A DNA stretch of 64,000 bases from Lama glama (lineage: Eukaryota). Location of the stretch: positions 89,902,001 through 89,966,000 of the forward strand of contig CM052817.1 in assembly GCA_028534125.1 (NCBI GenBank). Direction: 5' to 3'. Under the pieces are notes generated by a model. The model was given only the letters and a program-made list of their open reading frames with translations, made no database searches and had not been told where the DNA came from. Positions 51,226-64,000 of this stretch are shown here, one piece after another (position 1 is the first letter of the stretch; each line of letters begins with the position of its first letter). A program made the translations under genes and the position numbers.

Positions 51226-51987
51226 AATGCCTATAATGCCAAACTGATGTTTCTTTGTCTTTGCGTGACATAGCCAAAAGGTCAGTGAACAAAGGAGTCC
51301 ATAGATTACTCTTCAGCTATAACAGAACTTATTTTAGACCAACTCTCCCTCTGAGATCTGAGAATCCGAAAGAAGTACACCCTGACAGTAGGGCTTACAG
51401 GAAATAGAATTCCTTCCTTTGAAGGAATCTCAGCTTTGAGGCATCTCAATCATTGATTAGATTAAGTTTTTCTGCTCTTAATTAAACTATCTACCAGAAA
51501 TGAAACAAAATATTCTCAGGAGGAGTACAAATTATACACAGCATCAAATTAAATCTAAAGTGTTTTCTTTTTAATTTACATTGTCTGACATTTGACAAAA
51601 TTAATCTAGCATTAAAGTATGCAATAGCTGAGTGGCAATAATCAAGATGAAAAATAGACAGCAGAAACAGAGGCACAGGAGAGTCATATATATTTCAGCT
51701 GTCTGAGGGAGATTAAAATAATTGTGATTAAAATGTTCAGGCTATTAAATCAAAGTCAGGACGTCTCATCAGAGAACTAGAATTTATAAATATGTTATAC
51801 AGAAATTCTAGATCTGAAGAGCACTATACCATAACTGAATTTAATAATTCAACAAATAGCAAGAATATAAACTAAAGGATGGCATTTAACAAAACAAGAC
51901 AAAACAAAACAAAACAAAAACAAGAACAACCAAAACCAAAAAGACACAAAAACACACAGCAAGAGGCATATGGTATTTACTAACAAC

Positions 51988-52621
51988 TGTTAATACTGAT
52001 AGACGAAATCTTTACATACTGAGGTTAAGGGGAAGACACTCTGGCTTATTAATGATTTAACTTAAACTTAAGGGTAACCAAAACAGCCTGCTTGTGGCCT
52101 ATTAAACATGCATTGTATTTCTACTTTAACCATTAAAGAAAAGAATGTATTTAAAAAATCAAAATGGAGTAACTGTGGTTCAGACATTCAACATGGAGCT
52201 GGGTGGCCATTGTGGACATGGCTTAAGACATGTTCCTGTTTTACTGAGAAGTTCAATTTTCCATACTGTATCAGACTCAAGGACACCACCAGCCTCTCTC
52301 AAAACACTATCTACTAGCTGCCAGCTGGAACCTTAGAGTCTCAAGGTCTCCCCTTGTAACTGTGCAACTATTTCAAGCCCCAACAGATCTTTGCTTAACA
52401 AGCACTGTTACTTCTTGCCAGCTCAAATTATAATCCTTGACAAGCAATTTATGTAAATTTGTATTTTTTGCCTTTCTATGCCTCTCCCAGTTTGTAGTCC
52501 AGAGGAACACAGTTCAGATGTGTCTTGAATCTCTTTCTCAGGCTATAGTTCTCAATTTGGCTCAAGTAAAACTCTTTTCTACTACTGTTATAGATTTTTT
52601 TATTGATTATTTCTGTTGACA
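51988..52621 (+). mobile_element. ERV1-type (MER34/39-like) LTR
   Basis: 3' end 'tagttctcaatttggctcaagtaaaactc...tgttgaca'; 5' boundary uncertain, no clean TSD. Confidence 0.55.
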
Positions 52622-53459
52622 TTGCACATTTAATTTGCAGTTCTAGAATGTGAGAAACTTGACTGTACAGAATCAATATTTGCAGTGTTAAGAGAATTCT
52701 CTAATGTCCGTAGAGTTTAACTTACAGACATAAGAAGCACTGTGAACCCCAAGTCTTAAGAGTGAAGTTTCATAATGATGAAAGAGATAATCCACCAAGA
52801 ATATATAACAATTCTGAATTTGTGTGTACCTAGTAACCTAGCTCAAAATATATAAAGCAAAAATTTACAGAACTAACAGGAAAAATAGATATTTCTAAAA
52901 TCAAAGTGGGAAATTTCAACATACCTCTATTAGTTATTTATAGGACAGGCAGACAAATTATCAATTAAAATGTAGGAAATTTAATATTATCCTTACAAGT
53001 TTGATCTAATTTAACCAATTAAATTATATATAACCTTGCACCAAACAATTGCAGAAAGGAGAGCAGTCTCCTCTCCCAATTTGTACAAAGCTAATTAGAT
53101 TTGAGAAATGAATATTTTGGCTTGTGGTTAATTTCTTGATGCCTTGTTTTTAGTTTCTGAGGCCATTTCAAATAAGTATATAGTAAATGAAATACATTGT
53201 TTTAATAAATCACAGACTTAAAACTGGAATATTTTACCAAGAATAACATTTATTTACTTGAGGATACATGGACACAAACTTTCATTGTTTAAATATTGGC
53301 TTTCTGATTATTTTGACTCCAGATAAGAAACATGTCTTAACTTACCTCACACTCTTTCAGCTATCTTTTAAACCTTTTTTAATTTTCAAAAAGAGAATTT
53401 TAATGTCAATAAACATATTAGTTTCTAGGTACCCAGTAATACTGAACAATTATCTGCAT

Positions 53460-53650
53460 CAGGAGTCAGCAAATTACAGTGGGTATTCTGTTTTTGTAAA
53501 TAAATTTTTATTAGGATGTAGCCATACCTCTTTATTTACATACTGACTGTAGTGACTTTCACATTACAGTGGAAGATATGAGTAGTGAAGAACAAGAGCA
53601 AAATGCCCGAAAATTTTATTCTCTGGCCCTTTAAGAAAAAAGGTTTTCCC
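53460..53650. mobile_element. MER58A-like hAT-Charlie element
   Basis: 'caggagtcagcaaa...gtttttgtaaataaatttttatt...ctggccctttaagaaaaaggttt'. Confidence 0.8.
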
Positions 53651-54150
53651 NNNNNNNNNNNNNNNNNNNNNNNNNNNNNNNNNNNNNNNNNNNNNNNNNN
53701 NNNNNNNNNNNNNNNNNNNNNNNNNNNNNNNNNNNNNNNNNNNNNNNNNNNNNNNNNNNNNNNNNNNNNNNNNNNNNNNNNNNNNNNNNNNNNNNNNNNN
53801 NNNNNNNNNNNNNNNNNNNNNNNNNNNNNNNNNNNNNNNNNNNNNNNNNNNNNNNNNNNNNNNNNNNNNNNNNNNNNNNNNNNNNNNNNNNNNNNNNNNN
53901 NNNNNNNNNNNNNNNNNNNNNNNNNNNNNNNNNNNNNNNNNNNNNNNNNNNNNNNNNNNNNNNNNNNNNNNNNNNNNNNNNNNNNNNNNNNNNNNNNNNN
54001 NNNNNNNNNNNNNNNNNNNNNNNNNNNNNNNNNNNNNNNNNNNNNNNNNNNNNNNNNNNNNNNNNNNNNNNNNNNNNNNNNNNNNNNNNNNNNNNNNNNN
54101 NNNNNNNNNNNNNNNNNNNNNNNNNNNNNNNNNNNNNNNNNNNNNNNNNN
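53651..54150. other. Assembly gap (500 N)
   Basis: Run of N. Confidence 1.
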
Positions 54151-54598
54151 GAGTTTCAGGCACTGCAGATTCCCTACTCCATCTCCAACGTTTTAATAAC
54201 TTCAGCCTTTCCACTGCCCCAGCCTTAGAATGGAAATCACCTTCCAGTAGATACCACCCCTGATGCATTAGTATATCCTTTCTGCCTATCCTGTCCTCAA
54301 ATAACTGGTATCAAATCTTTGTATTAATTACTCCTGATCAAAACCAAAACCAAAAAGAAACAACAACAAACACTGCTATAGTTTTTGTCTCCAGATGGGA
54401 CCCTGAATGACACACATGTCATAATCACAGACTAACAAGGGATTGTCCAAATCCTTTTGCTCACACATATTTGTTTATGAAATCAGTGTGTGAATTCTCA
54501 TGAATTTTTCAGCTCAACTTCAATCCCTAGCGGCCATTGAGAAAGAAACCAGAGTTACATTTAAATACTTTGCTTTTTGTAAGTTAAAAATGAGCCAC

Positions 54599-55444
54599 TC
54601 GTCTGGAAGAGTTTGAGAAGGACTGGTATGAATTCTTTGTATGTTTGGTAGAATTCCCCGGTGAAGCCGTCCGGTCCTGGACTTTTATTTGTATGGAGGT
54701 TTTTAATTGCTATTTCTATTTCCTTTCTAGCGATCGGATTGTTCAAGTGTTCAGATTCTTCTTGATTCAGTCTTGGTGGACAGTATGTTTCCAGAAACTT
54801 GTCCATCTCCTCTAGGTTATCCAGTTTGGCTCCATATAGTTTTTCATAATATTCTCATATGATATTCTGTATTTCTATTTTGTCTGTTGTAATTGCTCCA
54901 TTTTCCTTTCTTATTTTGCTGATTTGTGCTCTCTCTTGTTTCTTCTTTGTGAGTTTGGCCAGAGGTTTGTCAATTTTATTTACTTTTTCAAAAAACTAGC
55001 TTTTGGTTTGGTTGATTTTTTTCTATGGTCTTGTTAATCTCTATTGTATTTATTTCCTCTCTGATCTTTTATTATTTCCTTCCTTCTGCTGCTTTTTGGG
55101 GCTTTTTGTTCTTCTTTTTCTAATTGACTCAGGTGGTGGGTTAACTNNNNNNNNNNNNNNNNNNNNNNNNNNNNNNNNNNNNNNNNNNNNNNNNNNNNNN
55201 NNNNNNNNNNNNNNNNNNNNNNNNNNNNNNNNNNNNNNNNNNNNNNTGATTCAGTTTTGGTGGACAGTATGTTTCCAGAAACTTGTCCATCTCCTCTAGG
55301 TTATCCAGTTTGGTTCCATATAGTTTTTCATAATATTCTCGTATGATATTCTGTATTTCTATTTTGTTTGTTGTAATTTCTCCATTTTCCTTTCTTATTT
55401 TGCTAATTTGTGCTCTCTCTTTTTTCTTCTTTGTGAGTTTGGCC
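54599..55444 (-). mobile_element. Young L1 ORF2 fragments around a 100-N gap (55147-55246)
   Basis: ORFs encode L1 ORF2 ([24 protein letters not shown]...[18 protein letters not shown]). Confidence 0.92.
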
Positions 55445-56295
55445 ACGCATCCCATTTCTTGCCTAAGATTCAGTATTCTGATTAAAGAACACTTTGGTGG
55501 GAGATGGAGCATCTTCAGAAAGGGAAAGCGTGTGTTTTTGAACATACTTATTTGAGAATAATGGTTAAGTACAATTGAAAGAGAACTCTCCATTATAATC
55601 AGATGTTTTATGGGTAGAACTGTCTTTTGAGACCTGTTTGGGAAAATTAAAAGTTCAGAATGGTACTTCACAGGAAAAAAGCTTCTGAGTTCTATATGGC
55701 TAAATTAAAAGAAAAAATATTTAATAAAACCTTTTTTATAATATGGGAATTGTCTATGTTTTCAGTAACACCTATACCCAGAAGATTATATTTTAATTTA
55801 GAGAGAGTCTTATATGCTATTTTTGTCATAGAACATATGACAGAGCCAACTGGGAAGTATGTCTACACACTATTTGGGAAGCAAAGAGAGTTCAGGTTCT
55901 TTGCAGCATGTTCACAGCTCTTCATGAAATCTTATTAGTGTATGTTTGGATGATGCTTCATCTCCTTTCTACATCAGTAAAGTATCATACCAATCCTCAC
56001 AAACATAAATGCTTATCCACTTTTTTATTCACCATATATTTTTTTGAGTCCCTTCATACTGAAGATGAATGAAAGAATAAGATGCTCTTTGCACAAAGCA
56101 GCTTCTAGAACACTGTGGTAATCAAACAAATATAGACACAAGTTCATGGCAGTTCAAGAGAGTAAATTCAATAGTAAGAAGCATGCACAATGTAAGGACT
56201 GTCACAAATATGGTAGTAATTAACTCTCTCTCTGAGCGTGAAGAAGCTTTTCTAGCTATTCACGCCAGGCTGATGAAGTATGAGTGTGAAAGAAA

Positions 56296-56369
56296 GTGTG
56301 TGTGTGCGTGTGTGTGTGTGTGTCTGTGTACAAAACTATTCTTAGCTGAAGAAATACATATATATATAT

Positions 56370-56401
<32 letters not shown>
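56296..56401. repeat. (TG)n and (TA)n/(CA)n microsatellites
   Basis: Directly visible. Confidence 0.9.
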
Positions 56402-57614
56402 GAAGAATGGGTGTATAATATATCTATTCTACTAAAACTTAAAAGTAAGTTTAAAAGAGATGAGGTAAGAAATTTAGATAGGGACCATATCAAAGAAAGC
56501 TTTTATAAGCAAACTAAGGAGTTTGGGCTTTTAAGTATAAGAAATTCGGAGTCATAAGCATTGTAAGCAAGAGGCTCAAGTTAAGGTGTGTGTTTTAGAG
56601 GAATCACTTCTGTGGCCATGGGAAGAATAAAGGAGGAGAGGACAAGACAATAAGCAGGAGGGTATGAAAGAATTTGCAAGAGAGCTGATGAGAGACTGTG
56701 TTCATATTTGAAAGAAAAGACTAATGGATAGACTTGATAAATAGGAAGGGAGAGTCACTGATAATAATTTGATGTAGGGAAAACACCTAGAGAAGATTCT
56801 GGCATGACTCTTAAGTTTCTGTTTGGGAATTAGAAAGAGCCACCAAAAAGAGGACTCAAGAAAAATAACAAATTCAGGGAAAATATGATTAGCTGAATTC
56901 AGAAGAAGATGCACTTGAAATGTTTCTCAGAAATCTAGATCAATATTTAGTGAATTATTTAATATCTACTTACTAAGCTCCACAAAGACATCGATATAGA
57001 AGAGAAAGACAGAGGATCAAATTAAAAAAAAAACTAAGAGAATAAAAAGAGAGGTAGAAGACTGAGGAGAACACACCATTATGGCATCTGTGGCTTCAGA
57101 ATATTTAAAAAGAAGACTGTTAAACTCACCTGAAATTTCAAGTATGACAACGAGAAATTCACACTAAATTAGCAATCAGATCATTGTACACCTTTACCAG
57201 CAGGGCTGGAGCATATGTTAGCCTGCAATGACCTATGAATTGTGGGTGGGAACATGAAAAGTATTCTTGCAAGAGGTGTGCCTGAGATGGAAAGAAAAAA
57301 GGTATCAGAAATTAAAGGAGGATCATTTTAAGAGTCAGAAAGCTGAACAGATTACAGTATAATACAAAAAAAAAAAAAACCAAAAAAACTGGTAGATAGG
57401 TAGTGACTCCATTAGAGGAACAAGAGGATATGGTTAATAGAATATCTTTCTTGAGCTGCGAATTGGATGATGTGCATACAACTCAGTCTTCACAATAGGC
57501 TATTAGAAGAAGAAAGAATGATATAGATGCAGATTTAAGAATGAGGTGACTAGATTTATAGATTTTTTTAATAACAAAAAAAGTTTAGAAAAGTCTCTAA
57601 AGAGTGTGGGTCCT

Positions 57615-58699
57615 TTTAAACTTATAAGCTTTTGCATAGCAAAGGAAACAATAAGCAAAACAAAAAGACAACCCACAGAATGTGAAAAAATATTTGCAAA
57701 AGATGAGACTGACAAGGGCTTAATCTCCAGAATATATAAACAGATCATACAACTTAATAAGAAAAAAATAAACAACCCAATCCAAAAATGGGCAGAAGAC
57801 CTAAATAAGCAATATTCCAATGAAGACATATGAAAGGTCAATAAGCACATGAAAAACTGCTCAATATTGCTAATTATTAGAGAAATGCAAATCAAAACTA
57901 CAATGAGGTGTCACGTCATACCAGTTCACAAAATGGTAAATGCTAGAGAGGCTGTGGAGAAAACAGAACCCTCCTACACTGTTGGTGGCAATGTAGTTTG
58001 GTGTAGCCACTATGGAAAATAGTATGGAGATTTCTCAAAAAACTAAAAATAGACTTACCATATGATCTAGCAATCCCACTCCTGGGCATATATCATGAGG
58101 GAACCTTAATTCAAAAAGACATATGCACCCCAATGTTCATAGCAGCACTATTTACAATAGCTGAGACATGGAAACCGCCTAAATGTCCACCAACAAATGA
58201 CTGGATAAAGAAGATTTGGTATATTTATACAACAGAATACTACTAAACCATAAAAAATAATAAAATAATGCCATTTGCAGCAACATAGATGAACCTGGAG
58301 AATGTCATTCTAAGTGAAGTAAGCTGGAAAGAAAAATATGGTATGGTATGATATTACTTATATGTGGAATCTTAAAAAAAAAGATAAATGAACTTATTTA
58401 TAAAACAGAAACAGACTCACAGACATAGAAAACAAACTTATGGTTACCAGGAGGGGAAGGGGATGGGAAGGGATAAATTGGGAGTTTGACATTTGCAGGT
58501 ACTAATATATATGAAATAGATAAACAAGTTTATACTGTATAGCACAGGGAACTATATTCAATATCTTGTAGTAACTTACGGTGAAACAGAATATGAAAAC
58601 GAATACCTGTATGTTCCTATGTGACTGAAGTATTGTGCTGTACGCCAGAAATTGACACATCATAAACTGACTGTACTTTAATAAAATATATTAAAAAAA
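57615..58699 (+). mobile_element. 5'-truncated L1, same family as 10523-11571
   Basis: ORF2 C-terminus ([12 protein letters not shown]...[10 protein letters not shown]...KGLISRIYK), 3'UTR and A-tail; degenerate TSD aagagtgtgggtcct / aaaaggctggatcct. Confidence 0.9.
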
Positions 58700-60009
58700 G
58701 GCTGGATCCTGATGTTGACCAGAGACAACTGAGAAATAGTATTAAGAATCCAACTAAGCTAGGAAAACATGAATTTTTATGTAAACCATGTTTTTAAATA
58801 CAATTACTTTTTCCTGTGTCACTCAATTTCTCCAGTATAAAATTGTGGGTATCAGATCTGAGGATCAAACCAGTGCTGATAGAATGAGTACTGAGCTCCA
58901 CAGATTAATGTTATAAATGATCTTGTGTGTTTGTGTGTGATTATATGCATATATGTGTATGTATGTGTGTATTTGTATATACAGATATATGCATATATAT
59001 GTATGCACACATATTGCCAACTAATACGTCAGTGTACAGTGATACTTGAGTCTCAATAATACATTCAAAAGACTTTAGAGGGAATTTTAATATATATTTT
59101 ATTTGGTAATATGTTTAATAAGCAGTGGCATTGGAGAAAAATAAGTCTTCGGGTCACTAGCCCAAGGCAATTTCAACTCTGCTACATTCATTCTCACCCA
59201 GCTGCCTATTAAGTTTATTTCTTGTTATCAGCAGGGTATGGCTAATGAATGTTAACCAAACAACACTTTTAAAAAAAGTAAGCTTAAATAAGCCACAGAA
59301 TTTGAAAAGACTCAGTATGAAACCTAGCACATGAAGATGTTCATTGTTCCTTTCAGTCATCTTCTTTACGTTTTTGACAGAATTTCCTGAGACCTCCTTA
59401 AAATGCAGGTTTTGACACTGTAAGAACCAAGATGTCTCATTTAAGAAATACTCAGTTTTTAATCAATAAAGTCACAGGTCTGCAAAATTATAATATTATT
59501 TAACAAGGTTTCTATATATATGTGTGTTAGTTAAGTCAGAGTTTCTTCATCATTTATTTTAAATTATCATCCTAAATCGACAGTTAATGTCTTGATTTGG
59601 GACTTACAGAGAAAGAGAAAGATGATCATAGACACACACATAATATGATGTGGCTGCAAATAATACACATTTGAAATGTCATGCAAAGAGATTGAATGGC
59701 TTTGCTAACACATTAAATAAAAGGTCAAATTTTGTTAAGAAGGGTTATCTAGGTCAATTTGTTCATTAGAAATAAGAAAAGCCTCAGGCTGAACTCACAC
59801 ATCTATCACCTAGTACAGTCAAAATACTTTAAGCAAACACAAACTTAAAACCACATACATTAAGCATATCAAAACACTTACTAACCAACATTACAACAGC
59901 ATTGGATTTATCACACCCAAACAATCTTCTTGTTATAACAATCCACATACATTTTTGGATTTAAAAGACTTTCTTAAAGCAGTGCTTCAAAAACCACAGT
60001 GGTAATGGG

Positions 60010-60110
60010 CCCTCCTCCCTCATTCCCTCCCTTCCACCATCACTTCCTCCCTTCCTACCCTTTCTTTTTCCCACCCCCACCCTCACTTCCTTTTTCTTTC
60101 TCTTTCTTTG
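60010..60110. repeat. Polypyrimidine/polypurine low-complexity tract
   Basis: Mostly C/T on the plus strand. Confidence 0.8.
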
Positions 60111-60261
60111 TAAAGTTTCCAACCCCTTGTAAATAAATACTTCTGTAAAATATAAGTTCACTCCTGATCCCTACAGACTTCTACTGAATCCCATTACTTG
60201 TGCCACATCACCCTCCTCCTCCCACTTCCAAAACGCCATACCTGTGTAATTGCCCCATCCC

Positions 60262-60750
60262 TGTCACCAGTAATGTCAAGAACTGTGAAGTATGAGATTT
60301 TACACTACCTGCAAGCTCACAAGTTAACCTGCAAAATTTCATTGATGCTGGGGGAAGACATGAGACTCCTGGGTCAAAAACAAAGAACTTACCATATTTG
60401 GCACAGAAAGGAGCAGAGCAGCATATGGGCATCAGTTTTCCTTTTCCCAAGTCCCACAGGGAAACACAAACGGGCCCAGGTGGGTGGCATTATAGGGAGG
60501 ACCAGTGAGCTTAGATCTTTCACGGTGGGGAAAAAGTATGCCTTTCCTTTCTCTTTTGGCAGTTCTTATCCTTATTATCCCAGATAATACGCATGTCTGT
60601 TCTCTGCTTTGGAGGGAGACACTATCTTTAACTTCAAGGCTTTTTGCTATACAAACATACTTAAAATGACAGGAACAAAAGCAATCAATGCTTCTGCTCA
60701 CAAAATGTTAAAAAAAAAAAAGTGAGACCTATGGAGAACTGGCTACCAAT
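60262..60750 (-). mobile_element. ERV1-type LTR
   Basis: Minus-strand start 'tattggtagccagttctccataggtctc', end '...actggtgaca'. Confidence 0.6.
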
Positions 60751-61799
60751 AGTGGGGCCGTCTTGGATTTTTTCAAATGATCCCTACATGATTGGGATTC
60801 CCGCCTTATTTCTCTAACTTCACATAAGGTTCCATGTCCTTTAGTCACCAAGTGACTGGGTCTTACCTACTGTATGTCTTTTTTTGCTGTCAGTGGACAC
60901 ACTCATCTATAAAATCTAGGGCAAATAGGATACTTTTAGACAATGGTTAATTCTGTTTATCTGACTCTGCCCTGCAAAGAATGTAGGTTTTGTTTGTATG
61001 TTTGCTTTCTGAAGTTTGTGTTACTTTGCTTCGGTTTTTTTTTTAAGAGTTGACATTCTCAGCCTACTTCTTTATGTAAGAATCAATCATTCATATAAGA
61101 TCCTTATACATCTCTATACAATCTACATGTCTTTTAACCTCATTTATTCTCTTTTCCCTAATCATAACTCTGGCTCTTCCTGCAGCCAAAACAGTCTCAG
61201 TAGTGAGAATTTGTGGAGGTATGTGTTTAATTGTATAATGTTTACTTTTTCTATTGCTTCATCTTGTTACATGACCTTTTATATTTAACTATATTTTATT
61301 ATTAATGTTTTTTATTAGTTTCTGATCAGCAGGGATAAAGTGATAATAGCTGCTTAATTTCTTTCGTGCATTGGCTAGTAGAGCACTGGTATATTAAGGT
61401 GATAAATAAGCACTGTTTGGGAATTTGATTATGTTGCAGTGTTTTGTAATATTCAGAGAAAGCAGAGAAACTTGAAAGAAAAATATACCTTCCTTTGAAA
61501 TGATACAATTCTCATTTTTTAAAAAGAAAGTAGGCTTGTGCTTGATTCGTCTGCCAAATAGTTACATATTCTAAGCCATATTAGGGCTCTGTGGAGCATA
61601 AACTCTGCACTTCAGCTGTTTTAACTCTTAATTAGAATTGAGATACCATGGATCAGAGAAATATCCAAATAAACTTATGACGAAAGTGAGTTTGAAAAAG
61701 CAATATTGGAAATAAGGCTGTAGCTAGAAAAGACAGAAAACAGTATCAAAATATTTTTTTCTGAAAACTGAGTAACTATTGCATTTATTTCATTAAAAA

Positions 61800-62800
61800 T
61801 AATTTATATTTATTTTTAAAATGTATTACCTATATAAATTATGAAAGTAGCACATGTTTACTTAAGCTAGCAGATCAATTCAAAGTGTAAGGCAAAAGTT
61901 CTTAATCTCCTTCCACCATACTGAATTAACCAACAATAAGAGCATGACATATTTTTTCATACTTTTATGAATGCTCATTGGACATACATAAAAATATGCA
62001 TACATATATGCATGGTTTATTGTTATAGTTGTTACGATAAAGGCTGTTATACACATTTGTGCATATATTTTTATAACTTCCATACATTTTTGAGCCTAAA
62101 AATATAATGGCCATTTTTCTCATTAAATTAATATACATCTAATTCAGATTTGATATAATTACTGAATAACTCTGCCACTGATGATTTTTTTCTTTTTGCT
62201 GCTTTAAATATAATAAAATACATGCACATAAAAATCCTTGCAGTAAAAATTCTTGTATGTATGCTACATCCTGGCTATTTTACTTCTATAAGGTCATTTA
62301 AAAAATAGGATTTCTGGGTCAAACATTATAGTATTTTAAATTTTAATAGCTACTGACAGACTTTTTATGCCAATTCCCATTTTATTTCCAAAGGCCCCCC
62401 AGATTTCTACTCCATCCATCAGAATGAGAAATCTCCCTATCACTAGATGCTATTCCTTTCTAAAATTTTTGTCAACTTCATGTGCTACATTAGTTTATAT
62501 AATTTGCATTTCTCTGATTCTGATTACTACGATTGATCATCTTCTCCTATGTTTTTGGCCATTTAAACCTCCCTTGTTTGAAATGCCATAAACTTTGGCC
62601 ACTATTATTGCTTATCTGTTTTTTAATTAGTTTGCATTTGTAATTTTTATGATAAGCATAAATGCATATTTGCCATTTTTTATGGTAAGCATAATCCTTT
62701 GTCTACCATTTGTACTGCAAATATTTCCCAAGTTAACATTTCCTATATACATACTAGTTTTGGTATTTTTTGTTATACAATTAAACAAATTATATGTAGT
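61800..62800 (-). mobile_element. Old L1ME 3' fragment
   Basis: 'ggatttctgggtcaaa...tttgcatttctctgatt...gcaaatatttccc'. Confidence 0.6.
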
Positions 62801-63409
62801 GCCATATGCCTTCCATTTTGCTTTTGGAAGCTGAGATTCCTGTATTGCTTTAGATGTTTTACCCATCTGTAATGTCAAGATTTTTAATAAATTCTTGCAA
62901 TATTATAAATATAAGGCAATCAGATTTGTAAAAGAGTTGTGTGGTCTAGGGTTAGCACTGAGTAGCTGTGTAAGTTTTGGCAAGATGCAGAGACACTTTG
63001 TAACTCCTGTTCTTACACTTATTTTTCCAGAACTTTGGGCTGATGATAGGGCAAAGCATGACCATGTTTTAAAAACTCAGTATTATTATTTTTTCCTTGT
63101 TTAGGGTCCTTTTCAGCCAAGAGTGGGCCCTAATGATATATTCAGATGTCTTTACATCTTTCCTGGACCTTGATTAATCTAGACAATTTATCTGCGAAAT
63201 GAGATTAATGCACACAAATAGTAAGAGTGTATGCATTATTTGAGATAATGTATTGGTAAGTGAACACTATAAATCAAATAAAATTTCAAGAATTATGATT
63301 AAATTCACAGCTTTAAGTTGAGATCTAAAACTAACTTGAATTATGACAGAATAAAGATGCAAAAAAATGTAAAAGTATCTCAATTAAAATCCTGGGCCAT
63401 CTCTAACTA

Positions 63410-63488
63410 TTATATGTATATGTCTATGCCTCTGGTTAGATCTATATATCTTTATCTATATCTATATCTTTATCTATATCTATCTATA
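63410..63488. repeat. (TCTATA)n-like simple repeat
   Basis: Directly visible. Confidence 0.85.
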
Positions 63489-64000
63489 GCAGAAGCACCT
63501 ACTATGTTCCAAATGCTGCACTAGCTGCATTTCTGTTAATCCATATAACAACCATAAATCACTATGAGAGAAATTCCTTGAACTGTTCATCAAACTCCTC
63601 TGAATTATTTATTGGCAAATTCACCAATATTGGTGAATTTCAAAGAATTTCATCAATGAATGGGCTGAGGATCCCCACCAACATCGTGTAAGGGCGACTG
63701 TTTACAACCTTCCAATCTTAATTCAAAAGTGCAGATAGTAGATAGAGCAGAACTCACCAAGACCAAATGCCTGATGGCTCAACCCATATTTGAGCTAAGT
63801 ACTTTTTGTCTGATTTTCTCTTGATGTAAAATAGAGATCCCTATATCCTGTCTTGTTCTCCTCCAAGTACTTCAGATTTATAGTCAAATGAGATCCAGCT
63901 TCCTACTGGGTCTTTTTGATCAACTGTTCATATATAGTTGGCTACAGACATACAAGGGTCAGCATTTAACACTCTAAGAATAAAATATTGACTCCTTACC

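Overview
This is AT-rich, CpG-depleted mammalian genomic DNA. It is most likely camelid, based on a Vic-1-type tRNA-derived SINE at 45279-45462. It contains three N-gaps and is dominated by transposable elements: L1 of several ages, L2, MIR, MaLR/ERVL/ERV1 LTRs, and Tigger/MER DNA elements. I recognise no intact protein-coding gene; the ORF track is almost entirely L1 ORF2 debris or chance ORFs. Two regions stand out. (1) A TE-poor block at about 26.4-31.4 kb holds a candidate compact minus-strand Pol II transcription unit: TATA at -29, Inr at 28445, an 81-nt exon 1 with AAG|GTAAGT, a 447-nt intron with a TACTAAT branch point and pyrimidine tract, and a second exon with small ORFs. (2) A deeply nested retroelement cluster at 41.4-46.1 kb, where a young CpG-rich solo LTR and a GC-rich processed retrocopy of an unidentified gene form an ectopic CpG island. 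TE family names are recognised by eye and need RepeatMasker/Dfam confirmation. I cannot claim a new biological system from sequence alone.
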